Positions 35,854 through 48,085 of a stretch of 64,000 nt of DNA are shown one piece after another; position 1 is the first letter of the stretch; the number at the start of each line of letters is the position of its first letter. This DNA is from Escherichia coli. Its GTDB lineage: Bacteria; Pseudomonadota; Gammaproteobacteria; Enterobacterales; Enterobacteriaceae. Made by a program: the position numbers and the translations under genes. Below the pieces are notes generated by a model. That model saw only the letters and a program-made list of their open reading frames with translations, searched no databases and was not told where the DNA came from. Location of the stretch: the NCBI RefSeq assembly GCF_022846255.1, contig NZ_AP025682.1; one strand, given 5' to 3'.

Positions 35854-35888
35854 GCCCCGCCAGCTGTAATAGCGGGGCTTCGTTTTTC
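35854..35888 (+). terminator. Intrinsic terminator after ykgJ
   Basis: GCCCCGC...GCGGGGC stem followed by TTCGTTTTTC. Confidence 0.6.
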
Positions 35889-36038
35889 AGGGACAACAAA
35901 ACCTGAAACTTCTTCCATTTTCCAGCAACAATGCCTCTTCTTCTGTAGCGTTCTCCGGATCTACATCATCCTGAAGTAGCGCGATATGATCACTGACTGT
36001 CCGCATCAGAATATGAAAAGCAACGTTTTTAACCTATA

Positions 36039-36065
36039 AAAATGGCGCTATATTTGCGCCATTTT
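36039..36065 (-). terminator. Intrinsic (bidirectional) terminator after yagU
   Basis: AAAATGGCGC-TATATTT-GCGCCATTTT perfect 10-bp stem flanked by A/T runs. Confidence 0.6.
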
Positions 36066-36079
36066 TATCATTCAAAGCA

Positions 36080-36694
36080 TTATCTATTTGAGCCTAAAGG
36101 GATCTCAGGATCTGGCTCATGGGTAATTCTGTTTCGTAAATCTCTGCGAATAATTTCAATAGACCAGAACCAGACTAAATGTCCAAAAATTTCAGAGACA
36201 TTCTCATACCACGGAAGCTCAAAGAGAGGTGGCGTAAGTCCCATGAGAGGGAATGAAATCATATGAACAAAAAGTTGCGCTAAAGCACCTGCCAGTAAGC
36301 CCTGCCAAAGTTTAATTTTCGGAAATACTTCGGCGACCACACAGTAACCAACGGCAAAAACTATCGAAAAGATTATGTGCGTTACACCAACCCAGTTAAA
36401 GACATGCCCGGCGAAGGTATAAACAGCCGAATTTGGATCTGTCAGTCCCAACCAATCCCGAAGAAAAATGTACGGAGGATTGAGAAAGTTACGGGAGCAA
36501 TCAATTTGGCCTGCAGCCCTGATTAATGATTCCGGACCACACGCTGCATTAAACATATCAACCGGACTACGTGGTGGCAATGGAACTTCTGCCCCCCACT
36601 TAACAAATGCGGAAACAACGCCAGCAATCAGCCCAATGAATGCAGCAAGACCATAACGTCTGCGGTTTGGTGGAGTTTGTTCAAATATATTCAT
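36080..36694 (-). CDS. yagU: Inner-membrane protein YagU (DUF1440)
   Basis: 204 aa, multi-[36 protein letters not shown]... Confidence 0.85.
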   Translation of the reverse strand: MNIFEQTPPNRRRYGLAAFIGLIAGVVSAFVKWGAEVPLPPRSPVDMFNAACGPESLIRAAGQIDCSRNFLNPPYIFLRDWLGLTDPNSAVYTFAGHVFNWVGVTHIIFSIVFAVGYCVVAEVFPKIKLWQGLLAGALAQLFVHMISFPLMGLTPPLFELPWYENVSEIFGHLVWFWSIEIIRRDLRNRITHEPDPEIPLGSNR

Positions 36695-36901
36695 ATCTAC
36701 CCTGCTTGTACCATTATGTTATACACCTCTTTAGGAGTATTCATAAAACAAGGCAAATGTAAAGAACTGTATTGTTTTGTATAACCACATGGTTACCTAA
36801 TCGCCAATTAATATAAGCTCCATTATTTCTCCATATTTTTATGTTAGAAGTGACAAGGAGAAATGTAATGTTTCTCTCAGAGAATATAAATCATTCCTTT
36901 T

Positions 36902-36926
36902 GCCCACCTTAATGGTGGGCTTTTTT
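36902..36926 (+). terminator. Intrinsic terminator in the yagU-thrW spacer
   Basis: GCCCACC-TTAAT-GGTGGGC then TTTTTT; overlaps the stop of a 14-codon mini-ORF. Confidence 0.5.
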
Positions 36927-37151
36927 ATGCAAAACCTGAACGTCCTGTGGTATTCCTCTGGCATAATGATTTTCGCGATTAACCAACAACCAGACCAGCA
37001 AAGACGCCACCACAAGCACAGCAACATCCATCAGGCTTGCCACACCCCATGCGTGCGGCTCAAAGCCGCCATGGCATATTAATCCGCTTGCCATTTTCGA
37101 ACAGCTGATTGGTTTAGTCCGGTGTTTCCCTGCTTGCACTTAAAAATGAGC

Positions 37152-37226
37152 GGATGGGAAACTCTCGAAATGGTTCGTCGATATGCTCACCTCGCACCTA
37201 ATCACCTTACCGAACACGCACGGTAA
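37152..37226 (+). pseudogene. Remnant: last about 25 codons of a phage-type tyrosine integrase
   Basis: ...[24 protein letters not shown] (RYAHL catalytic-Tyr tail); upstream frame is not integrase-like; lies 89 bp from the tRNA-Thr 3' end. Confidence 0.45.
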
Positions 37227-37314
37227 ATAGATTCGATCCTGAACCCATCGGTCCCAAATCTGTCCCAATAAAAAATAAGGAAGGTATTAGTGATGTGTAA
37301 CTTATTGATTTAAA

Positions 37315-37390
37315 TGGTGCCGATAAGAGGAGTCGAACCTCCGACCTTCGCATTACGAATGCGCTGCTCTACCAACTGAGCTATATCGGC
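37315..37390 (-). tRNA. thrW: tRNA-Thr (anticodon CGU)
   Basis: 76-nt cloverleaf read on minus strand: acceptor GCCGATA/TATCGGC, D-arm GCTC-AGTTGGTA-GAGC, anticodon loop TTCGTAA, T-arm GGAGG-TTCGACT-CCTCT, encoded CCA. Confidence 0.95.
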
Positions 37391-37504
37391 CCTGAAAGGA
37401 CATGTTCACGAACGTGAATCACGGTGGACAAGGTTAAAACTAACCGGGCGATGCGTCAATGGCCTTGTGAATCAAATGGCTACTTTTGCATCACCCGGTT
37501 TTAT

Positions 37505-38758
37505 TTACGCACGAATGGTGTAATCACCAATGCCGATCCACTTGTAAGTGGTCAGTGCTTCCAGCCCCATTGGGCCACGCGCGTGGAGTTTTTGTGTGCT
37601 TACCGCCACTTCCGCACCCAGTCCAAACTGGCCGCCGTCGGTAAACCGCGTAGAGGCGTTAACGTAAACAGCGGACGAATCCACTTCGTTAACAAAACGC
37701 TGGGCGTTGCGCATATCGCGGGTCAGGATCGCATCGGAGTGTTGTGTGCCGTGTTCACGAATATGGGCGATGGCATCGTCAAGATCGCTGACGATTTTGA
37801 CGTTCAAATCTAATGACAGAAACTCATCGTCATACTCTTCCGCTTTAACAGCCACCACCTTCGCGGGGCCTGTCTGCAACTGCGCCAGCGCAGCTGCATC
37901 TGCGTGTAATGTCACGCCGCTTTCCGCCATTTGTTTGCTTAATGCGGGCAGGAAGCTATCGGCGATGTTTTTATTTACCAGCAACGTTTCTACCGTATTA
38001 CATGTGCTCGGACGCTGAGTTTTCGCGTTGACAATTACTTTCAGGGCTTCAGCGATCTCTGCACTTTCATCAACGTAAATATGGCATACGCCTATACCGC
38101 CTGTGATCACCGGGATTGTCGACTGTTCGCGGCACAGCTTATGCAGCCCAGCGCCACCACGCGGGATCAGCATGTCGATGTATTTATCCATACGCAGCAT
38201 TTCACTGACCAGCGCGCGGTCAGGATTATCAATCGCCTGCACGGCACCCGCCGGTAAGCCACAGGATTTCAGGGCGTCCTGAATCACCGCCACCGTTGCA
38301 GCGTTAGTGCGACAGGTTTCTTTGCCGCCGCGCAGGATCACCGCGTTACCCGTTTTCAGGCACAGCGAAGCGACATCAACCGTCACGTTCGGGCGAGCTT
38401 CATAAATCACGCCAATCACCCCCAGCGGCACGCGACGGCGCTCCAGACGCAGACCACTGTCCAGTACGCCGCCATCGATTACCTGCCCCACCGGATCGGC
38501 GAGATTGCACACCTGGCGCACATCGTCGGCAATGCCTTTCAGCCGTGCGGGCGTCAGTGCCAGACGGTCAAGCATCGCTTCGCTAAGGCCATTGGCACGC
38601 GCGTCTGCAACATCCTGCGCGTTAGCGTTGAGGATACTTTCGCTTTGTGCTTCCAGTTCATCGGCGATTTTTTCCAGCACACGATTTTTTTCGCGGCTGG
38701 AGAGTTGCGCTAATTTATACGAGGCTTGCTTCGCGGCAATGCCCATTTGTTCCAGCAT
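37505..38758 (-). CDS. proA: Gamma-glutamyl phosphate reductase
   Basis: 417 aa, [38 protein letters not shown]... Confidence 0.95.
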   Translation of the reverse strand: MLEQMGIAAKQASYKLAQLSSREKNRVLEKIADELEAQSESILNANAQDVADARANGLSEAMLDRLALTPARLKGIADDVRQVCNLADPVGQVIDGGVLDSGLRLERRRVPLGVIGVIYEARPNVTVDVASLCLKTGNAVILRGGKETCRTNAATVAVIQDALKSCGLPAGAVQAIDNPDRALVSEMLRMDKYIDMLIPRGGAGLHKLCREQSTIPVITGGIGVCHIYVDESAEIAEALKVIVNAKTQRPSTCNTVETLLVNKNIADSFLPALSKQMAESGVTLHADAAALAQLQTGPAKVVAVKAEEYDDEFLSLDLNVKIVSDLDDAIAHIREHGTQHSDAILTRDMRNAQRFVNEVDSSAVYVNASTRFTDGGQFGLGAEVAVSTQKLHARGPMGLEALTTYKWIGIGDYTIRA

Positions 38759-38769
38759 CGGCCAGCTCC

Positions 38770-39873
38770 TTAACGGGTAATCATGTCATCACGGTGAACG
38801 GCAACCGGGCCGTATTCATATCCCAGTATTGCATCAATTTCTTGCGAGTGGTGTCCGGCAATACGGCGTAATGCATCGCTGTTGTAACGACTGACGCCGT
38901 GGGCGATATCGCGACCTTCGAGGTTGCAAATACGGATGACTTCACCACGCGAGAAATTGCCAGTCACGCTTTTAATGCCTTTCGGCAACAGGGAGCTGCC
39001 GCGTTCAAGAATGGCGGCAGTTGCCCCTTCATCTACCGTGATTTCACCCGCTGGCGGCGCACCGAAAATCCAGCGTTTACGGTTTTCAAGCGGAGTTGCC
39101 TGGGCATGGAACAGCGTACCCACGGAAATGCCTTCCATCACATCACCAATAACGCCCGGCTTGCTGCCCGCGGCAATAATGGTGTCGATACCCGCACGGC
39201 AAGCCACGTCCGCGGCCTGCAATTTGGTACTCATGCCGCCAGTTCCGAGGCCTGAAACGCTATCACCGGCAATCGCGCGCAGTGCGTCATCAATGCCGTA
39301 CACATCTTTAATCAGTTCTGCCTGCGGATTGCTGCGCGGGTCAGCGGTATACAAACCTTTTTGATCGGTCAGCAGCAACAGTTTATCGGCACCCGCCAGA
39401 ATCGCCGCCAGCGCAGAAAGGTTATCGTTATCACCGACCTTAATCTCTGCCGTAGCGACAGCATCGTTCTCATTAATTACCGGAACGATATTGTTATCGA
39501 GCAACGCACGCAGGGTATCGCGGGCGTTCAGGAAGCGTTCACGATCTTCCATATCAGCACGGGTCAGCAACATCTGCCCGACATGAATGCCGTAAATTGA
39601 AAACAGCTGTTCCCACAGTTGAATCAGTCGACTCTGCCCTACCGCCGCCAGCAATTGTTTCGAGGCGATAGTCGCAGGTAGTTCCGGGTAACCCAGGTGC
39701 TCACGTCCGGCGGCAATCGCGCCCGACGTCACAATAACAATCCGATGCCCGGCGGCATGTAACTGCGCGCACTGGCGAACGAGTTCAACAATATGGGCAC
39801 GGTTCAGGCGGCGCGATCCGCCTGTTAGCACACTGGTGCCGAGTTTTACCACCAGCGTCTGGCTGTCACTCAT
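38770..39873 (-). CDS. proB: Glutamate 5-kinase
   Basis: 367 aa from [32 protein letters not shown]...; C-terminal PUA domain. Confidence 0.95.
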
Positions 39874-40160
39874 GATTCTCTGCCATTCAATTTTAGGAAA
39901 AATGATATCAAACGAACGTTTTAGCAGGACTGTCGTCGGTTGCCAACCATCTGCGAGCAAAGCATGGCGTTTTGTTGCGCGGGATCAGCAAGCGTAGCGG
40001 CAGTTGTTTACGCTTTTATTACAGATTTAATAAATTACCACATTTTAAGAATATTATTAATCTGTAATATATCTTTAACAATCTCAGGTTAAAAACTTTC
40101 CTGTTTTCAACGGGACTCTCCCGCTGAATATTCGCGCGTTAATTAAAATCAGGAATGAAA

Positions 40161-41216
40161 ATGAAAAAGAGCACTCTGGCATTAGTGGTGATGGGCATTG
40201 TGGCATCTGCATCCGTACAGGCCGCAGAAATATATAACAAAGACGGTAATAAACTGGATGTCTATGGCAAAGTTAAAGCCATGCATTATATGAGTGATAA
40301 CGACAGTAAAGATGGCGACCAGAGTTATATCCGTTTTGGTTTTAAAGGCGAAACACAAATTAACGATCAACTGACTGGTTATGGTCGTTGGGAAGCAGAG
40401 TTTGCCGGTAATAAAGCGGAGAGTGATACTGCACAGCAAAAAACACGTCTCGCTTTTGCCGGGTTGAAATATAAAGATTTGGGTTCTTTCGATTATGGTC
40501 GTAACCTGGGCGCGCTGTATGACGTGGAAGCCTGGACCGATATGTTCCCGGAATTTGGTGGCGACTCCTCCGCACAGACCGACAACTTTATGACCAAACG
40601 CGCCAGCGGTCTGGCGACGTATCGGAACACCGAATTCTTCGGCGTTATCGATGGCCTGAACTTAACCCTGCAATATCAAGGGAAAAACGAAAACCGCGAC
40701 GTTAAAAAGCAAAACGGCGATGGCTTCGGCACGTCATTGACATATGACTTTGGTGGCAGCGATTTCGCCATCAGTGGAGCCTATACCAACTCTGATCGCA
40801 CCAACGAGCAGAACCTGCAAAGCCGTGGCACAGGCAAGCGTGCAGAAGCATGGGCAACAGGTCTGAAATACGATGCCAATAATATTTATCTGGCAACTTT
40901 CTATTCTGAAACACGCAAAATGACGCCAATAACTGGCGGCTTTGCCAATAAGACACAGAACTTTGAAGCGGTCGCCCAATACCAGTTTGACTTTGGTCTG
41001 CGTCCGTCGCTGGGTTATGTCTTATCGAAAGGGAAAGATATTGAAGGAATCGGTGATGAAGATCTGGTCAATTATATCGATGTTGGTGCTACGTATTATT
41101 TCAACAAAAATATGTCGGCATTTGTTGATTATAAAATAAACCAACTGGATAGCGATAATAAGCTGAACATCAATAATGATGATATTGTCGCGGTTGGCAT
41201 GACCTATCAGTTTTAA
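40161..41216 (+). CDS. phoE: Outer-membrane phosphoporin PhoE
   Basis: 351 aa from [21 protein letters not shown]; porin ending ...VAVGMTYQF. Confidence 0.9.
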   Translation: MKKSTLALVVMGIVASASVQAAEIYNKDGNKLDVYGKVKAMHYMSDNDSKDGDQSYIRFGFKGETQINDQLTGYGRWEAEFAGNKAESDTAQQKTRLAFAGLKYKDLGSFDYGRNLGALYDVEAWTDMFPEFGGDSSAQTDNFMTKRASGLATYRNTEFFGVIDGLNLTLQYQGKNENRDVKKQNGDGFGTSLTYDFGGSDFAISGAYTNSDRTNEQNLQSRGTGKRAEAWATGLKYDANNIYLATFYSETRKMTPITGGFANKTQNFEAVAQYQFDFGLRPSLGYVLSKGKDIEGIGDEDLVNYIDVGATYYFNKNMSAFVDYKINQLDSDNKLNINNDDIVAVGMTYQF

Positions 41217-41224
41217 TGGATATT

Positions 41225-41245
41225 GCCGGATGTGATGCATCCGGC
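41225..41245. terminator. Hairpin between convergent phoE and crl
   Basis: GCCGGATG-TGATG-CATCCGGC, 8-bp perfect stem. Confidence 0.45.
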
Positions 41246-41254
41246 ACATTTCAC

Positions 41255-41713
<459 letters not shown>

Positions 41714-42958
41714 TTAACACAACCGTTTTTCGATCCAGTCTGTGATTTCCTGAAGGCCTTTGTCAAAATTCCGATACACCGGGTTAAATGGGATCTCTAA
41801 TAATTTACCGTCAGCAGATGACGACGTGATTAAGCGTGAGTCCTCTTCCGGGCTGAACGGATCGTTCTTCCAGTAGCCTGATAACATTGGCGTTGGGCAG
41901 CGACGTCCCAGCAATCCTTGCACTTTTAATGAATAGCGATTCAACTCCACGCGCAACGCTTCATCGGAAGCATCATGCATCCCTAAACGACTGGCCAGAA
42001 CGTCAAGATACATTTCCGGCACCTGTTGCTGGCACTTAAAATCACTCAACAGGGTATGAACTACCGGACCAAGACAGGCAACCACTTTCAGACGCGGCGA
42101 TTCAAGGTATGCCAGACGCACGGCAACGTTAGCGCCGAAACGGAAACCAAAGGCCGCGACGCGAGTGTGATCCACCCACGGTACGTTAGGCAGCGCCTTT
42201 AAAACGTGCTGATGCAACAGGCTGGAGTCCTGGGTGAGCTTCCATTTTGAAGAAAAGCCCACCGACGGCATATCAATAGTCAGCATAGCAATGCCGCGCG
42301 GCGCAAAATAACGTTCATACAGGCTGTAATAGTCCGTCTGCATCGCATCCAGACCACCACACATTAATACTGTCGGGAACGGGCCATCGCCTTTCGGCAT
42401 ATGCAAAAAGCCGGTGATGGGCGCACCGCCGGGTACGGTAAACTCCATCTGCCGCATCGTGCCCGGCAGACGCTGAGCGGCCTCTTCATAGGCGCGGTTT
42501 GACAAAGCCTGCGCTTGCTCGGCCAGGTCATCTCCTTTCAGATGAGGATAGGCAGCAATGTTGTACAACGTAGCCGCATGCAGCCAGTGTCGACCGCTGA
42601 GTTGCGGATCTTCTTCCGCACAGGCTTTTTGTTGCCACACCATCGCCTGGGTAGCCCACTCATAAATCCAGTTGCCGCCGCGGTAGCCAATCACCGTATC
42701 GTATAAATCATCGTCGGTACGTTCGGCATCGCTCATCACAATACGCGCCTGGACATCGAGGATTTCACGTGGGTCAATGCCGCGCCAGATCCACATCAGA
42801 CGGTTAATCATGCGATACCAGTGAGGGATGGTTTTACCATCAAGGGCCGACTGCACAGGCAGTTGTGCGCCGTGACTAAAGCGGCGGACTAGCGTCGAGG
42901 TTTCAGGATGTTTAAAGCGGGGTTTGAACAGGGTTTCGCTCAGGTTTGCCTGTGTCAT
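41714..42958 (-). CDS. frsA: Alpha/beta-hydrolase esterase FrsA
   Basis: 414 aa, [21 protein letters not shown]... Confidence 0.9.
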   Translation of the reverse strand: MTQANLSETLFKPRFKHPETSTLVRRFSHGAQLPVQSALDGKTIPHWYRMINRLMWIWRGIDPREILDVQARIVMSDAERTDDDLYDTVIGYRGGNWIYEWATQAMVWQQKACAEEDPQLSGRHWLHAATLYNIAAYPHLKGDDLAEQAQALSNRAYEEAAQRLPGTMRQMEFTVPGGAPITGFLHMPKGDGPFPTVLMCGGLDAMQTDYYSLYERYFAPRGIAMLTIDMPSVGFSSKWKLTQDSSLLHQHVLKALPNVPWVDHTRVAAFGFRFGANVAVRLAYLESPRLKVVACLGPVVHTLLSDFKCQQQVPEMYLDVLASRLGMHDASDEALRVELNRYSLKVQGLLGRRCPTPMLSGYWKNDPFSPEEDSRLITSSSADGKLLEIPFNPVYRNFDKGLQEITDWIEKRLC

Positions 42959-43049
42959 GGATGCAGCCTCCAGAATACTTACTGGAAACTATTGTAACCC
43001 GCCTGAAGTTAAAAAGAACAACGCCCGGCAGTGCCAGGCGTTGAAAAGA

Positions 43050-43508
43050 TTAGCGACCGGAGATTGGCGGGACGAATACGACGCCCATATCCCACGGCTG
43101 TTCGATCCAGGTATTTTGCGGAATATCAACAACATAATCATCAACCAGCGGACGACCGGCCGGTTTTGCGAAGATGGTGACAAAGTGCGCTTTTGGATAC
43201 ATTTCACGAATCGCAACCGCAGTACCACCGGTATCTACCAGGTCATCAATAACGATGAAGCCTTCGCCATCGCCTTCTGCGCGTTTCAGCACTTTAAGCT
43301 CGCGCTGGTTGTCGTGATCGTAGCTGGAAATACAAACGGTATCGACATGACGAATACCCAGTTCACGCGCCAGTAACGCACCCGGTACCAGACCGCCACG
43401 GCTTACGGCAATAATGCCTTTCCATTGTTCAGAAGGCATCAGTCGGCTTGCGAGTTTACGTGCATGGATCTGCAACATGTCCCAGGTGACGATGTATTTT
43501 TCGCTCAT
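43050..43508 (-). CDS. gpt: Xanthine-guanine phosphoribosyltransferase
   Basis: 152 aa, [23 protein letters not shown]... with PRPP motif [11 protein letters not shown]. Confidence 0.95.
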   Translation of the reverse strand: MSEKYIVTWDMLQIHARKLASRLMPSEQWKGIIAVSRGGLVPGALLARELGIRHVDTVCISSYDHDNQRELKVLKRAEGDGEGFIVIDDLVDTGGTAVAIREMYPKAHFVTIFAKPAGRPLVDDYVVDIPQNTWIEQPWDMGVVFVPPISGR

Positions 43509-43768
43509 GTGAAGTGTCCCAGCCTGTTTATCTACGGCTTAAAAAGTGTTCGAGGGGAAAATAGGTTGCGCGAGATTATAGAGATCTGGCGCACTAAAAA
43601 CCAGTATTTCACATGAGTCCGCGTCTTTTTACGCACTGCCTCTCCCTGACGCGGGATAAAGTGGTATTCTCAAACATATCTCGCAAGCCTGTCTTGTGTT
43701 GACAACATTTTCTGCTAACCCTGTGACCTGCAATACTGTTTTGCGGGTGATCGACAAGGAGACTTAAC

Positions 43769-45226
43769 GTGTCTGAACTGTCTCAATTATCTCCACAGCC
43801 GCTGTGGGATATTTTTGCCAAAATCTGTTCTATTCCTCACCCGTCCTATCATGAAGAGCAACTCGCTGAATACATTGTTGGTTGGGCAAAAGAGAAAGGT
43901 TTCCATGTCGAACGCGATCAGGTAGGTAATATCCTGATTCGTAAACCTGCTACCGCAGGTATGGAAAATCGTAAACCGGTCGTCTTGCAGGCCCACCTCG
44001 ATATGGTGCCGCAAAAAAATAACGACACCGTGCATGACTTCACCAAAGATCCTATCCAGCCTTATATTGATGGCGAATGGGTTAAAGCACGCGGCACCAC
44101 GCTGGGTGCGGATAACGGCATTGGTATGGCCTCTGCACTGGCGGTTCTGGCTGACGAAAACGTGGTTCACGGCCCGCTGGAAGTGCTGCTGACCATGACC
44201 GAAGAAGCCGGTATGGACGGTGCTTTTGGCTTACAGAGCAACTGGTTGCAGGCTGATATTCTGATTAACACCGACTCCGAAGAAGAAGGTGAAATCTACA
44301 TGGGTTGTGCGGGAGGTATCGACTTCACCTCCAACCTGCATTTAGATCGTGAAGCGGTTCCAGCTGGTTTTGAAACCTTCAAGTTAACCTTAAAAGGTCT
44401 GAAAGGCGGTCACTCCGGCGGTGAAATCCACGTTGGCCTGGGTAATGCCAACAAACTGTTGGTGCGCTTCCTGGCGGGTCATGCAGAAGAACTGGACCTG
44501 CGTCTTATTGATTTCAACGGCGGCACACTGCGTAACGCCATCCCGCGTGAAGCCTTTGCGACCATTGCTGTCGCAGCTGATAAAGTCGACACCCTGAAAT
44601 CTCTGGTGGATACCTATCAGGAGATCCTGAAAAACGAACTGGCAGAGAAAGAGAAAAATCTGGCATTGCTGCTGGACTCTGTTGCGAACGATAAAGCTGC
44701 CCTGATTGCGAAATCTCGCGATACCTTTATTCGTCTGCTGAACGCCACCCCGAACGGTGTGATCCGCAACTCCGACGTGGCAAAAGGTGTGGTCGAAACC
44801 TCCCTGAACGTCGGTGTGGTGACCATGACCGACAATAACGTAGAAATTCACTGCCTGATCCGTTCTCTGATCGACAGCGGTAAAGACTACGTAGTGAGCA
44901 TGCTGGATTCGCTGGGTAAACTGGCAGGTGCGAAAACCGAAGCAAAAGGCGCATATCCTGGCTGGCAGCCGGACGCTAACTCTCCGGTAATGCATCTGGT
45001 ACGTGAAACCTATCAGCGTCTGTTCAACAAAACGCCGAACATCCAGATTATCCACGCGGGCCTCGAATGTGGTCTGTTCAAAAAACCGTATCCGGAAATG
45101 GACATGGTGTCTATCGGGCCAACCATCACCGGTCCACACTCCCCGGATGAGCAAGTTCATATCGAAAGCGTTGGTCATTACTGGACGCTTCTGACTGAAC
45201 TGCTGAAAGAAATTCCGGCGAAGTAA
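43769..45226 (+). CDS. pepD: Cytosol non-specific dipeptidase (aminoacyl-histidine dipeptidase)
   Basis: 485 aa, GTG start after AAGGAG SD, MSELSQLSPQPLWDIFAKICSIPHPSYHEEQL... Confidence 0.95.
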   Translation: MSELSQLSPQPLWDIFAKICSIPHPSYHEEQLAEYIVGWAKEKGFHVERDQVGNILIRKPATAGMENRKPVVLQAHLDMVPQKNNDTVHDFTKDPIQPYIDGEWVKARGTTLGADNGIGMASALAVLADENVVHGPLEVLLTMTEEAGMDGAFGLQSNWLQADILINTDSEEEGEIYMGCAGGIDFTSNLHLDREAVPAGFETFKLTLKGLKGGHSGGEIHVGLGNANKLLVRFLAGHAEELDLRLIDFNGGTLRNAIPREAFATIAVAADKVDTLKSLVDTYQEILKNELAEKEKNLALLLDSVANDKAALIAKSRDTFIRLLNATPNGVIRNSDVAKGVVETSLNVGVVTMTDNNVEIHCLIRSLIDSGKDYVVSMLDSLGKLAGAKTEAKGAYPGWQPDANSPVMHLVRETYQRLFNKTPNIQIIHAGLECGLFKKPYPEMDMVSIGPTITGPHSPDEQVHIESVGHYWTLLTELLKEIPAK

Positions 45227-45238
45227 TTATTTGATTTG

Positions 45239-45270
45239 CTGCCGGATGGCGTTTAATCGCCTTCCGGCAG
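45239..45270. repeat. REP-like palindromic unit / terminator after pepD
   Basis: CTGCCGGATGGCG...CGCCTTCCGGCAG imperfect palindrome between convergent pepD and prfH. Confidence 0.55.
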
Positions 45271-45282
45271 TTTCATCCTTCA

Positions 45283-45897
45283 TTATCCTTCGATAAAAGC
45301 CATCCCTGTGAACGTTCGTCGCGGGTTGCCACGTTCAATCTGGTGATGGAACATTCGCCGCTGCGATTTCAGCGCCGCGCTATTTTCCTGTTGCTGTTGT
45401 TCCAGCTTCCAGGCAATCAGTAATCGCGCCAGCCGCTTGTTAGCATGCTGACTGCGCTCTGACTGAACCTTCACGCTAATACCGGATGCCAGATGCGTGG
45501 CGCGTACCGCCGAGTCGGTTTTATTGACATGTTGACCGCCCGGCCCCGACGAACGCAGCGTCTCATAACGGATCGCGTCGGATTGTTCCTGCTCATCAGC
45601 GGTAAAACGCCCAATGCCCAGAAACCAGTTTTTGCGCCCATGATGAGGCCGATACGGACTCGGACAAATCCACTGGATAGTGCCACACCAGCTTTCGCTT
45701 AGAGCCCATGCGTTATCGCCATCCAGAGAAATCAGCGCCGAACGCAGTGTGTCAGAGTAGCGACCCGTTTCTGTTTCCAGCACCGTTACCGCGACGTCCT
45801 GTCGGGTAGCTTCTTTAATCAGCCTGTCCAGTGCTTTTCTCACTGCGAGACAACATTCTTCCGGCCCCTGAGCAGAGGAGAGTTGTAGCAAGATCAT
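45283..45897 (-). CDS. prfH: Peptide chain release factor homolog PrfH (RF-H)
   Basis: 204 aa from [14 protein letters not shown]...; RF domain with [13 protein letters not shown]; ATG overlaps rtcB stop (ATGA). Confidence 0.85.
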
Positions 45898-47045
45898 CCT
45901 TTTTTCCCTCCACTGTTTTTGAGCGTCAGCACCGGGCGCAGTCGCGCGACAGGAATAATTAACCCAGCCAGCACCAGACATTGCACCACGCTTTCAGCCG
46001 ATTTATAGGCTTGTGGCGCTTCTTCAAAGATGAGTTGTTTATCGCGACAAATTACCCGACTGCCAAGTTCAGTCCGCGAGAGTTGCGTCGCCGTGTATTT
46101 CGCTGCCAGACGCCCTTTACACTCGGTGCGCCCCCATTTACGCCCCGCCCCATGCGCCAGCGAGTGGAGCGTTTTTTCGTTCGCAACAGGTTTAACCAGC
46201 CAGGAGTAATCGCCGCGTGAACCGGGAATAATCACCAGACCGTTGTCATCCGGCGTGGCGCCTTTACGATGCAACCAGCCCTGTTGATCGCCGATTTGGC
46301 ACGCGCTAACAAAGTTATGCGCCACATCCAGAACCGGACTTCCGGTGGCCTTAACTTGTTGCATTATGCGCAAAGCGATCAGCTGGCGATTAATACGCGC
46401 AAACGCCAGCGCATCGTCATGTTCCGCAATATACCGTAGCGCGTCGTCACTGCCTTCAGGCAAACCATGATGCGAAAACGAGGCAATATGCCGCTGTAAA
46501 ATAGACTGCCCCAATCCCCTCGAGCCGCTATGAACCAGCAGTTGCAGATGCTGCGCATCCAGACCAGCCAGTGCAAACAGTTCCGCGTCGATAATTTGAT
46601 CAATCTGTTGCAGTTCTGCGAAGTGGTTACCGCCACCGATGGAGCCAAGCGAGTTGTGCCACGGATGCTGTGCAAATGCTGACGGCAGGTTTTCCTCCAG
46701 CCAGCTTTCTTCAGCAACGTCATCCAGATCTGATAATCGCTTTTCAAACTTATCGGCGTTGTATTTGCGAGCGAGAATATCTGTTTGCCATAGCGCCATG
46801 CCGCAGCCGATATCATTGCCGACCAGTGCCGGGTAAAAACGGCCTACGGAGAAGAACGCTGCGCCAATCGGGTAGCCGCGTCCGGGATGTAAATCTGGCA
46901 TCCCCACAACGCGCTGCATGTTGGGTAAATTTGCCGTGGTGTGTAATTGTTGGATCGCTAAACTCTCGATCCACAGGTCATCAGATGCGATGGTAAATAC
47001 CGCATCGGATAAGGGACGAATATATTTGCCCATGTACCATTCCAT
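45894..47045 (-). CDS. RtcB-family RNA ligase paralog coupled to prfH
   Basis: 383 aa; RtcB metal-binding motifs (...GGNHFAELQ..., ...HGAGR...); translationally coupled upstream of prfH. Confidence 0.85.
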   Translation of the reverse strand: MEWYMGKYIRPLSDAVFTIASDDLWIESLAIQQLHTTANLPNMQRVVGMPDLHPGRGYPIGAAFFSVGRFYPALVGNDIGCGMALWQTDILARKYNADKFEKRLSDLDDVAEESWLEENLPSAFAQHPWHNSLGSIGGGNHFAELQQIDQIIDAELFALAGLDAQHLQLLVHSGSRGLGQSILQRHIASFSHHGLPEGSDDALRYIAEHDDALAFARINRQLIALRIMQQVKATGSPVLDVAHNFVSACQIGDQQGWLHRKGATPDDNGLVIIPGSRGDYSWLVKPVANEKTLHSLAHGAGRKWGRTECKGRLAAKYTATQLSRTELGSRVICRDKQLIFEEAPQAYKSAESVVQCLVLAGLIIPVARLRPVLTLKNSGGKKG

Positions 47046-47222
47046 TTATGAATAAAAATCAGGAAATGGCAGACGAATCCAGGGCAAGAAAAAAGAATTA
47101 ATCCTGGAAAGGTCTGCAAAGAGTCATTGATAAAGGATTTGTCATGATTTACCTCCTTGCAGTTTGTGGAATAAGAAAACGCGCACATACTAGACGGGCG
47201 TTATTTTCATTGCAAGCTGGAT

Positions 47223-47675
47223 TTAATGTTGCGGTTTATATCGCATATAAAAATTAGTAAACCACGTTCCCCGGCATTCAACGCGCTGCTGCTTAACTGT
47301 CTGAAAACCATAACGTTCAAAAAAGGGTTTTGCGGTTATGCTGGCGTCCACCGTAAGTTCGGATTCAGACTTAATCAATGGTTTTAACAAAGCGCTGGCA
47401 ACTCCGCGTCGGGTGTATTCCGGTTCAACAAATAACATATCGATATAATGTCCAATGCGGGTAATAAAACCAACCGGTTGTGCATTAATAACTGCAACCC
47501 GCACTTGTGATTTCGCGAGTTTCTCCTTCCAGCGAGATTCGTCAATCTGCGCCCAGGCGGCAATTTGCTGTGGAGAATAGTGCTGACTCGCCGTCATCGT
47601 AACAGCTCGAAGGAAAATAGCGCATAGTTGCTGAAAATCACCAGGCTGATAGTTTCTTATTTGTATGTTATTCAT
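47223..47675 (-). CDS. yafP: GNAT-family N-acetyltransferase YafP
   Basis: 150 aa; last gene of dinB-yafN-yafO-yafP. Confidence 0.85.
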   Translation of the reverse strand: MNNIQIRNYQPGDFQQLCAIFLRAVTMTASQHYSPQQIAAWAQIDESRWKEKLAKSQVRVAVINAQPVGFITRIGHYIDMLFVEPEYTRRGVASALLKPLIKSESELTVDASITAKPFFERYGFQTVKQQRVECRGTWFTNFYMRYKPQH

Positions 47676-47684
47676 AATATAAAT

Positions 47685-48083
47685 TCAAAAACGCATGCGA
47701 AACGCTTCTGCCATTTTCCCAATTTTATGCATTTGGTTGTTATCTCGAGCCAGTTTATGAGGTTCAGGTTTCAGAATGGCAATGAGCAACCATGCTTGCT
47801 CATCAAACGCACCCTGACAATATACCAAATGCGCTGCGTCATTCGTTCTGCTGAATTGGCGCAACTGTGGCGGAAATGGATTATTCACATTTGCCAGATG
47901 AATATGAGCAACTCGCTCAAATTTGATTAATGGCCAGGTAAACGAGTCGTCGTAGAGTGCATCGCGACCAAATATATCTGGCAAAACACCGTCACGCTTA
48001 TAGGAAATAAAATCCGCCGTTAACGCATCAAGTTCCTCTGCTGTAAGTTGCAGGCGAATAAGTTTTGTTTTGAATACCCGCAT
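47685..48083 (-). CDS. yafO: Ribosome-dependent mRNA interferase toxin YafO
   Basis: 132 aa, immediately downstream of yafN. Confidence 0.85.
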   Translation of the reverse strand: MRVFKTKLIRLQLTAEELDALTADFISYKRDGVLPDIFGRDALYDDSFTWPLIKFERVAHIHLANVNNPFPPQLRQFSRTNDAAHLVYCQGAFDEQAWLLIAILKPEPHKLARDNNQMHKIGKMAEAFRMRF

Positions 48084-48085
48084 CC

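Noticed and set aside
36900-37139. Overlapping ORFs (60 aa plus strand, 76 aa minus strand) in the yagU-thrW scar
   Set aside because: Non-ATG starts, no SD, no motif; the minus-strand one has a hydrophobic stretch reminiscent of small toxins but I could not support it. The integrase-tail frame and the 14-codon mini-ORF are reported instead.
44390-45178. 262-aa minus-strand ORF inside pepD
   Set aside because: Antisense to pepD, which is unambiguous.
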